DNA from: Candidatus Latescibacterota bacterium
Lineage (GTDB): Bacteria > Latescibacterota > UBA2968 > GCA-2709665
Assembly (NCBI GenBank): GCA_965222075.1
Contig: OZ244937.1
Coordinates: forward strand, 1,984,001 to 2,048,000
Reading direction: 5' to 3'
Length of the DNA stretch: 64,000 nucleotides
Under the pieces are notes generated by a model, which searched no databases, was not told the DNA's origin, and worked only from the letters and a program-made list of their open reading frames with translations. Shown in pieces: positions 8,489 to 17,640 of this stretch (the first letter of the stretch is position 1; each line of letters starts with the position of its first letter). Position numbers and translations under genes: made by a program.

Positions 8489-9760
8489 CTACTCAACGCC
8501 TGCCTGCGCTAAGGCTGCCCGGATATCTTCTTCTGCTCGATAGCCCACCGTATAACTCTGCACAATCCCATCTTTGTCGATCACCAGCGTCGTCGGGATG
8601 CCCTGCACCTTGTAGAGTCCCCACACCGCCTTCCCCTCATCTGTCAGCGTCGTGAACGTATAGCCCTTCTCCTGCGCGAACTTTCCGCGCCACCTCTGCC
8701 GGTTCCGCATTGATCCCCAGAACAACCAGCCCCTTCTCTTTAAACGCGTATAGCCCTTCTCCTGCGCGAACTTCCGCGCCACCTCTGCCGGTTCCTGCCC
8801 CTTCTCTTTAAACTCCTCGTGGAGCTTCTGAATATGCGGAAGCGCCTCGACGCACGGGCGGCACCAGGACGCCCAGAAATCGATCAGCACCGTCTTGCCG
8901 CGCAAAGACGTCAGACGGACCTCTTTCCCATCCAGGCCCTTGAGCGCAAACTCCGGCGCCTCTTTTTGCAGCACGCCCGCCTGCTGCGCCTGCGCATCCT
9001 GCATCCTTTTCATCATCGCATTGCCGTCGCCCACCGGCACGCCCGCCAGCGGCGTGTACACAAACAGGGAATCCGCTGCCTCAACGTCGAACGCCAGGTC
9101 CTGAATCGTGAAACTCATCAGCGCATTGCCCGCTTTGTCGTACACATCCATCGTTCGGACAAAACCGTCCCTGGCCCCTACCCGGAACTGCATCCGGTCA
9201 ATCGGCATCGGGCCGGTCTGCGCGCCGGACCTGGGTTTGAGATCGACCACGTAAGCCGGCGCCCCTGAGACCTCATCCATCCCGCTGACCTTCAGGTCGA
9301 ACTGGAGCATCACCTGGTTCTTGAGCTCCTCGATCCGGTCGGCATCCACCGTCCCCCAGGGACCCAGGCCGCTGACCTGCGCCGCCGCGCTCGCATCCAT
9401 CGTGGCAAGGTCATATTTGACCACCTGAAGCCCCATCGGCATCTTCACCGTCTGCCACATCGTCTCTCCATTGGAGATAACCGAAGTCGTCATCTCCCCT
9501 ATCGGCATGGACATTCGGATCACAACGCGGAGCTTCCCGGGGCTCTTCAGCATCCCCTCCCCCTCTCCCGTTATCGTCTGTCCCATCATCGAAGCTGTCT
9601 GTGTAAACGTAAACCTCGCAGTCCGGGTTCGAGTCGAACGCGCTTTCATCAGATCGAACAGCCCATCCACATCGATGTCCGCGGGCTTAAGGGCCTCCTG
9701 TGCGCCGGTCAAAGACCCACAGACGAAGAGCAGCGTAACGGCCCGGATAATGTGCTTCAT
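8489..9760 (-). CDS. secreted LolA-like domain plus TlpA/ResA thiol-disulfide oxidoreductase (Trx domain internally scrambled)
   Basis: Signal peptide MKHIIRAVTLL; LolA-like FTQT/LKSPGKLR/FVYTP; APEFALKGLDG, DFWASWCRPC, GIPTTLVID. Confidence 0.75.
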   Translation of the reverse strand: MKHIIRAVTLLFVCGSLTGAQEALKPADIDVDGLFDLMKARSTRTRTARFTFTQTASMMGQTITGEGEGMLKSPGKLRVVIRMSMPIGEMTTSVISNGETMWQTVKMPMGLQVVKYDLATMDASAAAQVSGLGPWGTVDADRIEELKNQVMLQFDLKVSGMDEVSGAPAYVVDLKPRSGAQTGPMPIDRMQFRVGARDGFVRTMDVYDKAGNALMSFTIQDLAFDVEAADSLFVYTPLAGVPVGDGNAMMKRMQDAQAQQAGVLQKEAPEFALKGLDGKEVRLTSLRGKTVLIDFWASWCRPCVEALPHIQKLHEEFKEKGQEPAEVARKFAQEKGYTRLKRRGWLFWGSMRNRQRWRGKFAQEKGYTFTTLTDEGKAVWGLYKVQGIPTTLVIDKDGIVQSYTVGYRAEEDIRAALAQAGVE

Positions 9761-10288
9761 CTCATACCCTCCACAGGTAAGGGTTTTCAATGGAATTTAG
9801 ACTATAACCTGAGTTTGATGATTGACAGTTTGGATCGCGGCGCTGTAAGTGAGGAGAACCTGACCTTTCTTTGGGGTTGATCCCCAAAGGGTTACGAGGT
9901 CTTGACAAGGAAGCAACTTGGGGTAAACCCAATGCGGATGGCTGGGTTTATGGCCACGGCAGCTTCTCAATAACCTCTTACAAAATATACATGATTAGAA
10001 AAAACGTCACAAGTAGATTGTAAGTGCGCTTTTGACAGGTGCCAACTCCGGTATCGACGAAACGATTGCTTGAAAGTACATACAGACAACCCCCTTACCT
10101 GTCAACGCCTTACATCCCAGACCCACCGGCTCCTTTACAACTTGCCGTCCCCCCATTTTTCTTTGTAACTTATGTGACACCGCCATCAGAAGTTCGCTCC
10201 TGTTAGTACCGTGTTGTTTTCTATGTGATTCCGTATGGTGGTTCTGTGGCGCTCTTGAATTTCCAGTTCAACCAAATGAGGATAAACG

Positions 10289-11065
10289 ATGGAATCCCTA
10301 ACCCTGCTTTCCGGCCACACAATGCCTGTTGTCGGCCTTGGCACCTGGCCGCTGAAAGGCCAACAGTGCAAACAGGTCATCAAAAAAGCCCTTGAACTCG
10401 GCTACACCCACTTCGACACCGCCTGGATCTACAAAAACCAGCGTGAAATCGGCGAAGCGCTCCGGGAGGCCGGTGCTGACCGTTCACAACTCTTCATCAC
10501 CTCCAAAGTCGGCAAAGATTACCTGCAATATGAAGTCGCCCTGAAACAAGCCGACGAGATCCTCCGGCATCTCCGGATGGACTACCTGGACCTGCTGCTC
10601 GTCCACTGGCCCAGCGAAACCGTGCCCATGGAAGAAACCATCAGCGCTTTCAACGAAATTTTCGACGCCGGAAAAGCCAGAAGCATCGGCGTCAGCAACT
10701 TCTCGGTCGAACAAATGAAACGCGCCCGATCCCTCTCCGCAACACCGATCAGCGTCAACCAGATCAAATACCATCCGGGCTACGAACAGCGAGATATCCT
10801 GCAATGGTGCCTGGGAAACAACGTAGTCGTAACCGCCTACTCCCCTCTGGGCAAAAAAAACATCCTTCAAGATCCCCTCCTGTTGGAGATCGCCCGCATC
10901 CATAACAAAACGCCTGCACACGTCGCCCTCAAATGGCTGGTCCAAAAAGGCATGATCATCATCCCCAAAGCCAGCTCCAAAGAGCACCTCCAGGCCAACC
11001 TGGATGTCTTTAACTGGTCCTTATCCCAAAACGAGATGCAGTCCATCGACCGAATCGCGGGGTAA
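10289..11065 (+). CDS. aldo/keto reductase (DkgA/B-like)
   Basis: GLGTW, FDTAWIY, ITSK, LLVHWP, IGVSNF, AYSPLG, IPKAS. Confidence 0.92.
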   Translation: MESLTLLSGHTMPVVGLGTWPLKGQQCKQVIKKALELGYTHFDTAWIYKNQREIGEALREAGADRSQLFITSKVGKDYLQYEVALKQADEILRHLRMDYLDLLLVHWPSETVPMEETISAFNEIFDAGKARSIGVSNFSVEQMKRARSLSATPISVNQIKYHPGYEQRDILQWCLGNNVVVTAYSPLGKKNILQDPLLLEIARIHNKTPAHVALKWLVQKGMIIIPKASSKEHLQANLDVFNWSLSQNEMQSIDRIAG

Positions 11066-11242
11066 AGAACGCGCTTGAATCGGACGTTTTGCGGCCAGAG
11101 AGCGGAGGGTGTGACCGAGGTTCGAGCGGCGGAGTCGGGCGAGGCGCTGGAGGTACATGACGTAGAGCTCGAAGGGCGGAACTGCAGGCGGGGGTGATGC
11201 TGGCGCAGATGGAGAAAGCCGAGGAGATTCAGGTCTTCAAAA

Positions 11243-11338
11243 CAGACCGTCAAGACGGCAACGCAAGGAAAAACCACCGGCTACGACGCCGGAAAAAAAG
11301 TAAAGAGGCGCCAAGCGATACCGGCGTGTAGATACCGA
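11243..11338 (+). mobile_element. IS5-family transposase remnant
   Basis: Translates as QTVKTATQGKTTGYDAGKKVKRR..VDT, resembling the IS5 DDE motif SVKT..GYDxGKKVKGRKRH..VDT. Confidence 0.6.
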
Positions 11339-11356
11339 GAAGCTGTGCAGCGAGGT

Positions 11357-12223
11357 CTAATGTCCTTCATGCGCTTCCATCCCATGGTGTATGGCACTGG
11401 ATTCAACGTAATACAGTGCATAGGCGAGACCGACTCCCACGAGGAGGGATACGATGAGCTTGCCGCGGTCGTGGCTGTGGAAATGTATCTCCGGCAGCAG
11501 ATCGCTCAAGGCAATGCACAGGAACGCGCCAGCCGCGAAGGCCAGCACATAGCCGACCACCTCCCCTACTTCCCACGGGTCGAGCAATCCCACACCCCAG
11601 AAACTCGCCAGTGCCACCAAAGGGCACAGCATGGCAAATCCGACATTGGCCACCGTCCGGGCACGCCGGCTGTGACCGGCGGACTTCATCATGCCGATAA
11701 TGGAGTACGCATCGAGCGGCTTGTGCAGCAGAATGGCGAGGAATACCCCCAGTCCCGCCAACGCGCCTTTGCCGTCGTGCGGCGGACCCATCTGCATGCT
11801 GGTGCCCAGAGCGACCCCTTCGGTCACGGTGTGCACCCCCAGGCCGAGGGCAACGCCCAGCAAACTCCGCGAATGTACACCGGAACCACCGTGGCCGTGT
11901 TGATCGTACAGATCGCTTGCCTCACTGCTGAAGTCATGCTGATGAAAGTGAAAGATACGCAGCAAAAAAATCATCAGGATCATGCCGAACACCATCCATC
12001 CCACGGCTTTTTTTACAATGTCAGGCCCGGAAATGCGCTCGAGGCTGTGGGGTAGAAGATGATACATAGCGATGCCAAGGATGAAACCTGCCACAAGACT
12101 CATCAAGATCTGTGTACGCACGTGCGTCATGGTACCCAAAGCCGCCAGTTTTCCGCCAAGCAAGGAAGCGGCAAAGATAGCGGCTGAGTATCCCGACAAA
12201 ATCAGTAGAGAATCTGAATCCAC
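11357..12223 (-). CDS. ZIP-family metal (Zn/Fe) transporter
   Basis: HLLPHS, His-rich loop, HTVTEG, LHKPLD, DLLPE; about 8 TM helices. Confidence 0.88.
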   Translation of the reverse strand: MDSDSLLILSGYSAAIFAASLLGGKLAALGTMTHVRTQILMSLVAGFILGIAMYHLLPHSLERISGPDIVKKAVGWMVFGMILMIFLLRIFHFHQHDFSSEASDLYDQHGHGGSGVHSRSLLGVALGLGVHTVTEGVALGTSMQMGPPHDGKGALAGLGVFLAILLHKPLDAYSIIGMMKSAGHSRRARTVANVGFAMLCPLVALASFWGVGLLDPWEVGEVVGYVLAFAAGAFLCIALSDLLPEIHFHSHDRGKLIVSLLVGVGLAYALYYVESSAIHHGMEAHEGH

Positions 12224-13405
12224 GATAGCTATAACCGGAAATTATCTGAGAAGCTGTCTTACCCTATCGCCGCGGCACCGGGTCGAAATTCTGTCGGTGG
12301 CGCATTGACTCCATATCGGATTGCACTTTTTTTTGTACATTATGAACTTCTGAAGGATGGACGCGTATATTCAACGCGAACGGTTCCGGGTAGCCAATGG
12401 CACGATGGGGATACTTCCAGTGAACATAACAGACGATGCTTCTGGCATACTTTGCCGGCTCGCGCCAGATGACATCGAAGCCGAGCGGCGCGGCCATATC
12501 CGACTTGAACTGTTTGCCGTCGAAACAGCGCGGCATCCGCCTACACTTGTCCGTCTAATGCGCCACCCGCCAGGCGGAGCAGGAGCTGACCACTTCTGTC
12601 CAATAGAGACCGCTGTGTTCGGGCGTGGGGTTCTTTGAGGTCAGCCCCGACGAACGCCAGGTACTCTTCGGCACATCTGGAGGTAGCGTGCATGTGCTGA
12701 CTTTAGCGACGGATTGGAAAGGTCCAGAAGGTGCAGTCGTCTGACAAAAAAAAGGGCAAGATGGATGTTATGGTGGCCCCAGTCTGGCGCAGAGCAGGCG
12801 AGTTCACCTACCGTCAAGCGTCTGTCCTCTGAGGATAGACCTGCAGAGGATCATCCTGTGGAACGGTGGGCAAGAGATTGTGCTGAGTAAAGACTGGACC
12901 AGCGAGTTCATCAGACAGCTCGTCGATGATGAGAAATAAAGGCGTCGACGTATCACATACCGCCCGCAGAACCCACACACCACCCTCAAATTGTCACGCT
13001 GCTTGCGCAGAAAAGCAAAGGCTCCCAGGCGGCGCGCCAATCCGCCTGCGGCGGAACATGCCCCTTCGCGAGCGGCTGAAAGTCAAAGAAGCTGAAATCC
13101 TGGTCACGCAAGAGGGGACCACCCAACCCTGAATCCGTGTTGAATTCCCTGTTAAAAGTGTTTATCTTATGCAGGTAGATCGTAAATCGTGAAAACGAGC
13201 CGCGCTTCACGAACCAGGAACCACACAAACGTGGAAAGTGATAAAATGGTCGGAACGTAAACATCCCTACAATTTAAACTTCGCCTATCATCCGTCTCCT
13301 CGCAACACGATTTATTCGCTTGTCATCTTACCTCCACTTTGGTTAATTTAGGGACTTATTAAATCGTCATTTTCAGATCTACAGAATAATGAAGGAGATC
13401 CTCAC

Positions 13406-14179
13406 GTGAGCCTGCGCCGCTGTCCCCTGTTCCTGCTGGTCTTCCTCCTTACAGCCGGTTGTGGCAACGAAGCGCCTACCGACACCGAGCCCTCTGCCAA
13501 TGCGGACCTCATCCAAACAGAACCGATCCGCTTTATCACCAGCGACGGCTTTACCATCAGCGGCACCTGGTTTAGCTCCAACAGGCAGCAGGGCGCCTGG
13601 CCCGTTGTGATCCTGCTTCACATGTTCGGCGGCAACCATGCCCAGTGGACCCCCTACGTTCCGGAACTGGTCGAGGGGGGCTACCTTGTCCTCGCCTTCG
13701 ATTTGCGCGGCCATGGTCAAAGCACAGACCGGAACGGCTCGTTTGCGCCACGCACCCTCTTCTCAAGAGACGACCTTGACAGCATGCCCTTAGATGTAAA
13801 GGCCGCCATCGACTGGATCAAAACCCGGTCCGAGGCAGACGCTCAGCGCATCGGCCTCATCGGGGTCGACATTGGCGCCAACATCGCTTACATCAGCTCC
13901 GGCACCCTCTCCGGGATCAAAACGGCCGTCTCCATCTCCCCCGACAACCAGCAGAGTGTGCTGACGGGTGAAGACATCCCCGATTTTCAACCCCGCTCGG
14001 TCCTCTTTTTGGCCGCCTTCGGCGATGGATATGCCTTCACATCGGCCGAGGCCATGGCCGAACAGACGCAGAACCCCAAACGTGTCAAAGGGTATCAGGG
14101 CACGGCCCACGGCTTCTTTCTGCTCAACGATGCGGATGCACGATCCGAAGTGTTCAAGTGGCTCAAGGAAAACCTTTAA
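13406..14179 (+). CDS. alpha/beta-hydrolase fold lipoprotein
   Basis: Lipobox LTAGC; LLHMFGG, FDLRGHGQS, elbow GVDIG, Asp (FGDG) and His (AHG). Confidence 0.75.
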   Translation: MSLRRCPLFLLVFLLTAGCGNEAPTDTEPSANADLIQTEPIRFITSDGFTISGTWFSSNRQQGAWPVVILLHMFGGNHAQWTPYVPELVEGGYLVLAFDLRGHGQSTDRNGSFAPRTLFSRDDLDSMPLDVKAAIDWIKTRSEADAQRIGLIGVDIGANIAYISSGTLSGIKTAVSISPDNQQSVLTGEDIPDFQPRSVLFLAAFGDGYAFTSAEAMAEQTQNPKRVKGYQGTAHGFFLLNDADARSEVFKWLKENL

Positions 14180-14202
14180 ACCGTCCAGGGGAGGAGACAA
14201 GC

Positions 14203-15681
14203 ATGAAAACAGCGAAGCGGTTTTTTCGGATACTGATCTTTCTCGTTACCGGTTTCCTCGTCTGGGAGTCTGCCTATGATGAGGCCTGGGCACAGCGTGG
14301 GGGTGGGAGGGGAAGGCGTGGCCGGGGGGGCATGGACCTGAGCAGCTCCCAGCGCCGCGGTCCCTTTTCGAACCTGCCCTGGGGAGCTCAGGAACTTCTC
14401 GGACAGTACCAGGAGGCGTTCCGACGCCTGCCGCCGCAGCTTCGGGTCTACATTCTGACCGCTCTGAGGGGTTGGGACAGCTTCTTCCCGCCCGAAAAGA
14501 AACAGTTCGAAGTCTTTTTACGGAAGGCCAAAGGCGCCTCTCCCGAAGAACTCCGGGACGCATTTCATGGCACCCTGCCCCCTCTCTCCCGAAGAAACGT
14601 TCAGGACTTGCCCCCTTCGGACGAAGGGGACGTTCAGCCTGCCCCCCCAAGGGGCAGGTGGGGCAGGAGGGGCATGCGTGGAGCCGCCGGTCAGACAGGA
14701 CCCAGGCGGCGCGGCCCCCGGATCTCCCTTACCCCCGCCCAGTTCGCAAAAATCGATGCGGCGTTCGACCGCTATGTCTTTGCCGACATGGGAATCGGCC
14801 CCGGCCTGATCGTCATCGCCTTCAGTGCAGCAGCTACCCCAGCGGCCAATTCGGTCCTCCAGGACAGCCTCATCTCCCAGGGCACCCTTTTGAAAAACGT
14901 CGCGTTCACCGATCCGCCCAAAACCTGGATTGCAGCCCTCCTCACCGGATGTGGGGATCCCATCAAAGGGAAAAACCTGCGTTATCCCTCCCTCTTCGAG
15001 TACCACAATCGGGACCTGGACGATAAAACCCATACCAGAACCCTGGCCCTCTACCCGGGCAAAGACGCTCCCCCTGCTGTGAGCAAAACCAGGGGATTTG
15101 GGAAAAAATACGGCCCCCTCACGGTCCGGGCTTCCGATTTTGAGCCTGCCGTCAGTGTCATCAACAGTGAAATGGAGGCAGCCCGGCAAAAAGGCCGTTC
15201 GGAAAAGTATATCGAGAAAATGGTCAAACCCAAATTCACCCCAAAAACGCTGGGGCTCGACAAAACCCTGAGCGATGAGGCCCTGATACGCCTCGTCACC
15301 AGGACCCTCCTGGCCTCCGACGAAAACCTGAATTTAGACAACACCTTCCTTAGAGACCTCGCCTTCAGCTGCCTCCTCAAGGCCCAGCCGGACCTGTTCT
15401 TTGTTCACCTGAAAGACGACGGCAGCCCGGAAAACCAGCGCTTCCTGCTAACGGCCCAGGAAGTACACCGATCGCACTACAGATACAAAGACCGAACAAC
15501 CCTGGCCGTTTTGGATCAAAGCCGGGGCCAGGTCCTCATCATAGGCCCGGGAATTCCGGCAGGCCGCGAAATTTCCGAGCCTCACACCCTGCAGGACCTT
15601 TCGGTCACCCTCTCCCGGAGGGCCAACATCCGGGCCGCCCAGGCCCAGGGCGTCCCCCTCGAAGACCTGGTGGCGCGGTAG
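14203..15681 (+). CDS. secreted hypothetical protein with Gly/Arg-rich segments and a weakly alkaline-phosphatase-like C-terminus
   Basis: RBS GGAGGAG; N-terminal hydrophobic segment; PDLFFVHL, RTTLAVL, LIIGPGIPAG..TLQDLSVTL echo the AP-superfamily core. Confidence 0.55.
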   Translation: MKTAKRFFRILIFLVTGFLVWESAYDEAWAQRGGGRGRRGRGGMDLSSSQRRGPFSNLPWGAQELLGQYQEAFRRLPPQLRVYILTALRGWDSFFPPEKKQFEVFLRKAKGASPEELRDAFHGTLPPLSRRNVQDLPPSDEGDVQPAPPRGRWGRRGMRGAAGQTGPRRRGPRISLTPAQFAKIDAAFDRYVFADMGIGPGLIVIAFSAAATPAANSVLQDSLISQGTLLKNVAFTDPPKTWIAALLTGCGDPIKGKNLRYPSLFEYHNRDLDDKTHTRTLALYPGKDAPPAVSKTRGFGKKYGPLTVRASDFEPAVSVINSEMEAARQKGRSEKYIEKMVKPKFTPKTLGLDKTLSDEALIRLVTRTLLASDENLNLDNTFLRDLAFSCLLKAQPDLFFVHLKDDGSPENQRFLLTAQEVHRSHYRYKDRTTLAVLDQSRGQVLIIGPGIPAGREISEPHTLQDLSVTLSRRANIRAAQAQGVPLEDLVAR

Positions 15682-15707
15682 GGTCACGGCGCACCGTGAC
15701 CTCGCCC

Positions 15708-16760
15708 CTACCGCGTCTTCACGGCCCGCCCCCGCCGCACCGACTCGACCTCTTTAAAGCAGAGCCGCAGGGCATCGGCTGCCCGCTGTCCGGACAGTTC
15801 CGGCGCCTCTATCCCCCTGGAAACCGTGTCCACGGCCGCCTGGATCTCGCGCGTAAAAGCAACCACCGGATCGCCCGCCCCCAGCCTGGGTTTGCGGACC
15901 TTCCCGTCATCGGTCAACAGGGTCAGCGGGCTCGACAGTACAGGCTTCCCACCCAGGGTGGAAAACTCGTACACCACCGTGGCCCGCTCCAGATAGACCT
16001 CAAACCCGTGTGTAAATTCACGCCCGGGCTGAGAGATCGCCCCGGACGCGCAGGTGAGACACAGATCGGGGTGGTTCTTATAGCGATAGGTCGTACACAG
16101 GTACTCTGCGTGCTGCCCTTTCACCAGCCGGCCGGCCGATAACACCTGATCCGGAACCCCGCAAAGCAGAAGGATGTAGTGCGTATCGTGAATGTGCAAA
16201 TCGATGCCCGGCCCTCCGCTGCGCGCCATATTGCCAAACTCGGCAGACCAGTCCGGTTTGGAAATAATCCGCCTGAAATGTCCGCCTAAAAGCTTCCCGT
16301 ACGTTCCCTCCTCAACGACCTTCCGCAGATAGGCGAACTCCGGGAAAAAGGGGAGCACCTGGGCCACCATCAGGCATCGGCCCGCCCGCTGTGCTTCCTG
16401 CAGCATCCGGTTGGCATCTTTCATAGTCAGCGCAATCGGCTTCTCCAAAAGGACGTGTTTGCCTGCCCGAAGCGCCTGAACCGTCACCTCCGTGTGGAGA
16501 CCCGTCGGCAGACAGATATCGATCAGATCGATCTCCGGATCGGCCAGCAGATCCGCGATTCGCCGATACGTCCGGATCCCGGAAAGGTCCTCTATCCCCC
16601 CCGGGTCGCCAAAATTGCCCCGCACCCCCCGCCAGTCCCCCTCCAACTTCTTGGGATTCCGCGTACAAATCGCAGCAACCTTCCCCCGCTTCACCTTCCG
16701 GGCGCCCCTGTAATGGGTCATCCCCATAAACCCCAGACCGACAATGCCGATGCGAATCAT
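15708..16760 (-). CDS. Gfo/Idh/MocA family oxidoreductase
   Basis: IGIVGLGFMG, GKHVLLEKP, DLHIHD. Confidence 0.9.
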   Translation of the reverse strand: MIRIGIVGLGFMGMTHYRGARKVKRGKVAAICTRNPKKLEGDWRGVRGNFGDPGGIEDLSGIRTYRRIADLLADPEIDLIDICLPTGLHTEVTVQALRAGKHVLLEKPIALTMKDANRMLQEAQRAGRCLMVAQVLPFFPEFAYLRKVVEEGTYGKLLGGHFRRIISKPDWSAEFGNMARSGGPGIDLHIHDTHYILLLCGVPDQVLSAGRLVKGQHAEYLCTTYRYKNHPDLCLTCASGAISQPGREFTHGFEVYLERATVVYEFSTLGGKPVLSSPLTLLTDDGKVRKPRLGAGDPVVAFTREIQAAVDTVSRGIEAPELSGQRAADALRLCFKEVESVRRGRAVKTR

Positions 16761-17097
16761 AAGTACATGTCCTCCACAAAACCGAATGGTCAAAAACGAC
16801 AAATTTCCACCAATATAGGGATAGAAAAAGAGAACAGCAAGGGAATTGACAGCCGAAATACCCTTCCGCTGGGAGTGACATCTCTTATGTTAGCATGAGA
16901 TTGTGACCTTTTTAACCCGGTCTCTCTTTCCCGTTTGGCCTTTTCAAGATTCTCTATTATATTGTAAAAACGAATTATCTTTTATGAAAAAGTTTCGGCA
17001 CGATTTTCGCTAACCTCTGAATACGGGCCATGCGCTTATCTCAATGCCTCTGTACAACCGAACAGAATTTTAACAAACCTTACAATAAGGAGACAGG

Positions 17098-17640
17098 ATG
17101 AAACGCTGTACGCCATGGATCACGGGGATGCTAACGGCCCTGCTGCTCTGGACAGGTCCAACAGGGGCAGCCACCGCTCCCGACTTCAACCTGTGGGACA
17201 CAGGAGGCAAACGAGTCAACCTGAAGGCCCTTCTCAAAAAAGGCCCTGTCCTCCTGGACTTTTGGGCCACCTGGTGCAAACCCTGTCTGAAGGCCATGCC
17301 CAAACTGGAAGAAATCCACAACAAATACAAAGACCGGGGGCTGACCGTCCTGGGCGTCAACGAAGACGGCCCTCGCAGCCAGACCAAAGTGAAGCCCTTC
17401 CTCAGGGCGCGCAAGATTTCATTTCCATCCGTCTTCGACCCCGACGGCGGCGCCATGCGCCGGATGCAGGTCGGGCTGCTGCCCGTAACCTTTCTGATTG
17501 CACCGGATGGCGAAATCGTGCTTCGGCAGGCCGGATATAACCCGGACCATGAAAAGCCCCTGATAGACGCCATTGAATCCTTGCTTCCAGGGACCGACGC
17601 CGGCACAGAGCCCACCGGAGATGCCCGTGCGGAAAAGTAG
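17098..17640 (+). CDS. exported TlpA-family disulfide reductase
   Basis: RBS AAGGAG; signal peptide; APDFNL, DFWATWCKPC, LPVTFLI. Confidence 0.9.
   Translation: MKRCTPWITGMLTALLLWTGPTGAATAPDFNLWDTGGKRVNLKALLKKGPVLLDFWATWCKPCLKAMPKLEEIHNKYKDRGLTVLGVNEDGPRSQTKVKPFLRARKISFPSVFDPDGGAMRRMQVGLLPVTFLIAPDGEIVLRQAGYNPDHEKPLIDAIESLLPGTDAGTEPTGDARAEK

Noticed and set aside
8498-8510. GCCTGCCTGCGCT resembling an arm of the palindromic element
   Set aside because: No partner arm; it encodes the ordinary C-terminal LAQAG
9800-10280. Riboswitch or sRNA in the intergenic region (hairpin CTTTGGGG/CCCCAAAG near 9869-9889)
   Set aside because: Only an isolated hairpin; no family consensus recognisable by eye, so an Rfam scan is needed
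12264-13264. Short ORFs between the ZIP and hydrolase genes
   Set aside because: Mutually overlapping, no motifs or clear RBS; probably eroded remnants
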